Source: the human T2T-CHM13v2.0 reference genome, Homo sapiens. Taken from it: a stretch of DNA of 64,000 nt. The stretch lies in assembly GCF_009914755.1 (NCBI RefSeq), contig NC_060932.1, one strand, 5' to 3'. The stretch's first letter is position 1; the number at the start of each line of letters is the position of its first letter. The notes beneath the pieces are model-generated. The model was given only the letters and a program-made list of their open reading frames with translations. It had not been told where the DNA came from and ran no database searches. The translations under genes and the position numbers were made by a program. This document shows positions 58,063 to 64,000 of this stretch, one piece after another.

Positions 58063-60265
58063 TGATGTGGTTTGGCTGTGTCCCCACCAAATCTCATCTT
58101 GAATTCCCACATGTTGTGAGAGGGACCAGTGGGAGGTAATTGAATGGTGCAGTCAGGTCTTTCTGGTGCTGCTCTCATGATAGTGAATAAGTCTCATGAA
58201 ATCTGATGGTTTTATAAGGGGAAATTTCCCTACACAAGCTCCCTCTTTTTGCCTACTGCCATCCATGTGAGACATGACTTGCCCCTCCTTGCCTTCTGCC
58301 ATGATTGTGAAGCCTCCCAAGCCATGTGGAACTGTTATTCCATTAAACATATTTTTGTTCCCAGTCTCAGGTATATCTTTATCAGCAGTGTGAGAATGGA
58401 GTAATATAGTATATTGGTACCAGTAAAGTGGGGTGCTGCTGAAAAGATACCTGAAAATGTGGAAGCAATTTGGAACTGGGTAAAAAGCAGAGGTTGGAAC
58501 AGTTTGGAGAGCTCAGAAGAAGACAGGAAAATATGGGAAAGTTTGGAACTTGCTAGAGACTTGTTGAATGGCTTTGACCAAAATGTTGATAATGATATGG
58601 GCAATAAAATCCAGGCTGAGGTGGTCTCAGATGAAGATGAGGAACTTGTTGGAAACTGGAGTAAAGGTGACTCTTGCTATGTTTCAGCAAAGAGACTGGT
58701 AGCATTTTACTTCTGCCCTAGAGATTTGTGGAACTTGAGAGAGATGATTTAGGGTATCTGGCAGAATGAATTTCTAAGCAGAAAAGCATTCAAGATGTGA
58801 CTTGGGTGCTGTTAAAGGCACTCAGTTTTATAAGGGAAGCAGAGCATAAAAGTTCAGAAAATTTGCAGCCTGACAATGTGACAGAAAAGAAAAATCCATT
58901 TTCTGAGGGGAAATTCAAGCTGGCTGCAGAAATTTGCATAAGTAGTGAGGAGCCAATGTTAGTTCCCAAGACAATGGGGAAAATGTCTACAGGGCCTATC
59001 AGAGGTGATTCTGTAGGCTGGGCTGAGGGTCCCCATGCTGTGTTCAGCCTAGGGACTTGGTGCTCTGCATCCAGCTACTCCAGTTGTGGCCAAAAGGGGC
59101 CAACATAGAGCTTGGGCTGTGGCTTCAGAGGGTGCCAGCCTCAAGCTTTGGAAGCTTCCATGTGGTGTTGAGCTTGCCAGTGCACAGAAGTAAAGAATTG
59201 GGGTTTGGGAACCTCTGCTTAGATTTCAGAGGATGTATGGAAACACCTGGATGTCCAGGTAGAAGTTTGCTGCAGGGGGAATGCTGTCATGCATAACCTC
59301 TGCTATGGCAGTATGAAAGGAAAATGTGGGGTTGGAGCTCCCATACAGAGTCTCTACTGAGGCACTTGGCCTAGTGGGGCTGTGAGAAGAGGCCCACCAT
59401 CCTCCAGACCCCAGAATGCTATGTCCACTGATACCTTACACCATGTGCCCGGGAAAGCTGCAGATGCTCAACCCCAGCCCGTGAAAGCAGCCAGGAGGGA
59501 AGCTGTGCCCTGCAAAGCCACAGGAGTGGAGCTGCCCAAGACCATGGGAAACCACCTCTTGCATCAGTGTGACCTGGATGTGAGACATGGAGTCAAAGGA
59601 GATAATTTTACAGCCTTAAGATTTGACTGCCCAGCTGAAATTTGGACTTGTATCGGGCCTGTAACCCCTTTGTTTTGGCCAATTTCTCCCATTTAGAATG
59701 GCTGTATTTACCCAATGCCTGTACCCACATTGTACCTAGGAAGTAAGTAACTTGCTTTTGATTTTATAGGCTTATTGGCAGAAGGGACTTGCCTTGTCTC
59801 AGATGAGAAGTTGGACTGCGGACATTTGAGTTAATGCTGAAATGAGTTAAGATTTTGGGGAAGGCATAATTCATTTTGAAATGTGAGGTAATGAGATTTG
59901 GGGGGGCCCAGGGGAGGAATGATATGATTTGGCTGTGTCCCCACCCAAATCTCATCTTGAGTTCCCATGTGTTGTGGGAGGGATACAGTGGGAGTTAATT
60001 GAATCATGGGAGTAGGTCTTTCTCATGCTGTTTTCGTGATAGTAAATAAGTCTCATGAGATCTGACAGTTGTATAAGGGGGAGTTTCCCTGCACAAGCTC
60101 CCTCTTTTTGCTCACTGTCATCTATGTAAGATATGATTGCTTCTCCTTGCCTTTTGCCATGATCCTGAGGCCTCCCAAGCCATGTGAAATGGTAAATCTG
60201 TTAAACCTAGTTTTGTTTCCAGTCTTGGGTATATCTTTATCAGCAACATAAAATGGACTAATACA
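58063..60265 (+). mobile_element. Complete THE1 (THE1A-like) MaLR provirus: LTR 58063-58408, internal 58409-59919, LTR 59920-60265
   Basis: Two homologous LTRs; perfect 5-bp TSD GAAGG (58058-58062, 60266-60270); degenerate MaLR ORF pieces (WESLELARDLLNGFDQN, RRGPPSSRPQN). Confidence 0.92.
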
Positions 60266-60604
60266 GAAGGCAAATATCAACAAATGTGTTGTGCAAATTT
60301 TACATGCATCATCAATTTATTTGAGAAATAGAAATGTGGTACTTGATATTTTTACAAAACTTTTATCTCATTGCTGTTGAAAAGATTTAGTTACATTAAA
60401 GTATTGCCAAAAATACAACGAATACATAGTTATGCATATAATAAATGGCAAAAACACTATGGCAATATGTTGAGACTATTCTCTATTCCATTGTCAACAA
60501 AACTGTCTGTAAAGGGACAGCCGTTTTATTCTTTTTAGGCCATACAATCTCTGTTACAATTACTCAGCCCTGCCACTGTAACAGAACAGTAGCCATAGAA
60601 TATA

Positions 60605-60948
60605 CAGGTGCTCCTCAACTTACATTGGAGTTTCATCCCAATAAACCCATTATAAGTCAAAAATGCATTTAAGACACCCAAGCTACTGAACGTCACATCT
60701 TAGCCCAGCCCACCTTAAATGTGCTCAGAACACTTACAAAGCCCACCATTGGGTAAAATTATCTAACACAAAGCCTATTTTATAATTAAGTGTTGAATTT
60801 CTTATGTAATTTATTGAATACTGAATGCGAAAAACAGAATGGTTTTATGGGTACTTGAAGTACAGTTTCTTCTGAATGGGTATCCCTGGTGCACCATTAT
60901 AAAGCTGAAAAATTGTAACTCAAACCATCATAAGTTGGGGACTAGCTG
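60605..60948. mobile_element. MER47A (TcMar-Tigger)
   Basis: CAGGTGCTCCTCAACTTAC...TAAGTTGGGGACTAGCTG inverted termini with TA on both sides. Confidence 0.75.
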
Positions 60949-61089
60949 TATATAAAATAGAAAACATGGTCCTGTTCCAATAAAACTTTATTTACAAACA
61001 GAAAAAATGTTTTATGTAATTATTGTGGCAGAAAATATATTTGTTTCAAGCTAGTTAGAAATGTAAATGCCATTTGAACTTTGCATTTT

Positions 61090-61392
61090 TGTCTTATTTT
61101 GTTCAGGCTGCTACAACAGCATATCTTAGGCTGGTAGCTAAGAAATTTATTTCTCATGGTTCTGGAGGCTATGAATTCCAATGAGAAGATGCCAGCACAC
61201 GTGGTATTTGGTAAGGGCCTGCGTCCTGGTTCATAGATGGCCATCTATGTCCTCTGGACACTAACCCATTTCTGAGGGCTCTGACCTCATGACTTAATCA
61301 CCTCACAAAGGCCCGACCTCCAAGTACCATTATAGTGAGGATTAAGTTTCAATATATGAATTTGGAGAGACATAAATATTTAGTCTATAGCA
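61090..61392 (-). mobile_element. MLT1A0-type LTR (internally deleted)
   Basis: TGTCTTA...GAAATTTATTTCTCATGGTTCTGGAGGCT...TTAGTCTATAGCA. Confidence 0.75.
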
Positions 61393-63305
61393 TAGGTAGT
61401 ACCAAAATATTTAGCAGGACAGATTTGGCCAATGGGTGGCAATTTGCTGACCCTTTCTCTATACTCTCTGTGGAACATACTTTTATGTTCCCAGCTGTAA
61501 TGTTTAAGTATATCAGAATGGATAGTCACCATAGTTGGAGGCCAAAGTTGATAGCATTGCACAAGAAGAATTAGTGAGCCAGGAAAAAGTTTGGAATCCT
61601 AAAATAATAAACTATGCAGAGTGTCAGAGAAGTGACCCTTAAGGATCCAGCAGTTTGGGGTTATCAGAAAGCCATAAAAGGGTATCAACATAAACCATGA
61701 CATTCCTGTGATGAGCAGGGGCAGGAAAGAGGTTTCTACCAACAGATTTGCAGGTAGGGGATGTGGACAAGCAGGAGTTGAAGCAGGTGAGAGAGAATTG
61801 AGCCATTTGGGCTATGCCTGCTGGCTGCTGCTGCTAAGAAAACATTTTATTTGACTTTGTCTTTTCTCTCAAAAATACCAAGGGGATTTCCCTCTCAGAT
61901 ATAGTTGCTCTCTGGCCAGGGCACATACACAGACAGATATTTATTTCTCTGGAAGTTTTCCTAGCTCACTTCATTGGCTTTGTTACTTATTTTTCTGACC
62001 TACTTCTGCACTATATAATTATATAGCAGGTCTTACAGGTTATCATACTCATTTACTGCATGTCAGTCTCCCGCAATGAGACTGAGCTTCTTAAAGCTAT
62101 GGGCAGTTCTTTCTTTACCTTTGTAACTGCAGGACCTAAGACAATGCTTGAAACTGAGTTACAAACTCCTTAAGTATGTGTTGTGCAAAACCTAATTATA
62201 GCATAGATATGATTTTGCATTCTGCCTTTGTCACTCAATATTTTATTATAAGCATTTCATTTTGTTTTATAGTCTTCGTAATTATCATTTTAATGGCTGC
62301 ATAAAGGTCCATCAAGTTCGTGTGTCATAATTTTCTGTACTATTTCCGCGTTGTATTTTGAAGTTATCTTCACAGTTTTACTATTAGTTAAGTATTTAAT
62401 TAGATATTCTTTATCATTTTAAAGTTTGGAAGGCTTGAAGGCTTGATTTGGATTACCCATTTCTTTCGAAAAATATTTATAAGAGAATGACTACTTTTCC
62501 TCAAACACATACTTTGTTAATGAAAGTCGTATTTAATATAACAAGAATGTACATATGAACAAAGAATATGAAATATATACACATAAACATACATTGACAT
62601 GTAATTATATAAAGTATAAATCCTAGATATTAATATTTAAGTATGTACATTAACATAAGATATGTTTAGCATGTCTTTCGGGGGGAAAAAGACCTTATAT
62701 TTAAGTGGAAAAAGTCTGAAGCAAGATTTCAGTCCGCTAGAACTCCGTTACTAAGAAAAACCTAGTGCCAGAGATAGAAAATACTCAGTAAAATTTGGTA
62801 CATAGGTGCCAATAATTATAACCTGGAAATTAAGAGGCCAGATAAGGGATATATAGTTTATTCATTCTTCTTTAATTGATTTAATCCAAATATGATTCAC
62901 TAGAAGTTTAAATTATTTATGTGTAATTATTAATCAAACTTCAAAAAGCATTACCAGTAATTTACTTTTTAAACAATGTTATTGAGGTATATAAAACATG
63001 CAAGAAACCACAGAAGTTGTATTGAAAGGGTACCATTGGGTAGGCTCTGTTATGTGTATGCACACATGAAGCCATGGGCACAATCAAGATTGTGTACAAT
63101 GGCATCATCCCCAAATTTTCTTGTGTCTCTTTCTGCTCCCTCACTGCAACCACTCCTTGCATCCCCTGGTAACCAGACAACCACCTATCTGCTCTTGGTC
63201 AACAGAGATTAGATTGCTTTTTCTAGTTTTATATAAAATGAGTTATACAGTATGTAGTGTATTTTATCTGACTTACTATATGCCAACAATTATGGCAAAA
63301 GTGTG

Positions 63306-63669
63306 TGATATGGTTAGGCTGTGTCCCCACCCAAATCCCATCTTGAATTGTAGCTCCCATAATCCCCACATGTCATTGGAGGGATCCAGTGGGAGGTAAT
63401 TGAATCATGGCGGCGTGTTTTTCCCATGCTGTTCTCCTGATAGTAAATAAATCTCAGGAGATCTGACGGTTTTATAAAGGGCAGGTCCCCTGCACATGCT
63501 CTCTTTCCTGACACCATGTAAGATGTGCTTTTGCTCCTCCTTCACCTTCTGCCATAACTGTAAGACCTTCCAGCCATGTGGAGCTGTGAGTCCATTAAAC
63601 CCCCTTTTGTTAATAAATTGCCCAGTCTCAGGTATGTCTTCTTTAGCAGCAAGAGAACAGACTAATACA
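63306..63669 (+). mobile_element. THE1B/C solo LTR
   Basis: TGATATGGTTAGGCTGTGTCCCCACCC...GACTAATACA; TSD GTGTG/GTTTG. Confidence 0.9.
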
Positions 63670-64000
63670 GTTTGACACTGATTTTTATGAGTGTCAAATT
63701 CTTTTGATGGCACAAGACAAGAGATAGGTTCAACATTCTTACCTGAATTCTCATTCTGTTTTGTGGACTTTTTACACTCACACACTGTGGAACTGGCCCC
63801 TGAGAAAAAGAAAATGATCTGACTCCTCTCTTGTTTAACACAGTACTTATCCCAAAACCTTGCACTAGTCCTGCAAGGCATATTTGTGTTGATATAAATC
63901 AAATTAATATGGACTAAATTTAGAGCACCAGATAGAGTTCTACTCAATGACTCATGAATTCCCTTTTTAAGAAATGTCTGACTAAAGAATAGTCAGTCAC

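Larger units (their letters stand above)
60490..61458. mobile_element. MER58A (hAT-Charlie), split by later insertions
   Basis: CTGTAAAGGGACAG...GGCCATAC...GTTCCAATAAAACTTTATTTACA...GATTTGGCC...TTTGCTGACCC. Confidence 0.65.

Noticed and set aside
58414-59696. THE1 internal ORFs as a domesticated gene
   Set aside because: Split into several frames by stops and frameshifts; ordinary MaLR decay
63405-63947. 180-aa minus-strand ORF
   Set aside because: Half is antisense THE1 LTR; no recognisable domain

Overview
Primate (human/great-ape-like) non-coding DNA, intergenic or deep intronic. I found no host exon, RNA gene, CRISPR array or microbial system. Every recognisable ORF derives from L1, Alu, MaLR/ERVL or low-complexity repeats. 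Main contents: one full-length but dead L1PA3 (16095-22258, minus) that keeps its ZNF93-target segment and an open ORF0, several 5'-truncated L1PA copies, six Alus, a complete THE1 provirus, an L1-disrupted MST provirus, solo LTRs (LTR6, MER41A, THE1/MST/MLT1), DNA transposons (MER6, MER82, MER47A, MER53, MER58A) and AT-rich minisatellites. The most unusual signals are fossils of mutation events: short sequences copied from about 1.5 kb away into repair-like junctions (7338-7732, later hit by a twin-primed L1; 44538-44583, inverted), retrotransposon insertions that seem to have deleted their targets, and a hairpin-unit minisatellite. Subfamily names come from my memory of consensus sequences and need RepeatMasker/Dfam confirmation. 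I do not see a convincing new biological system.
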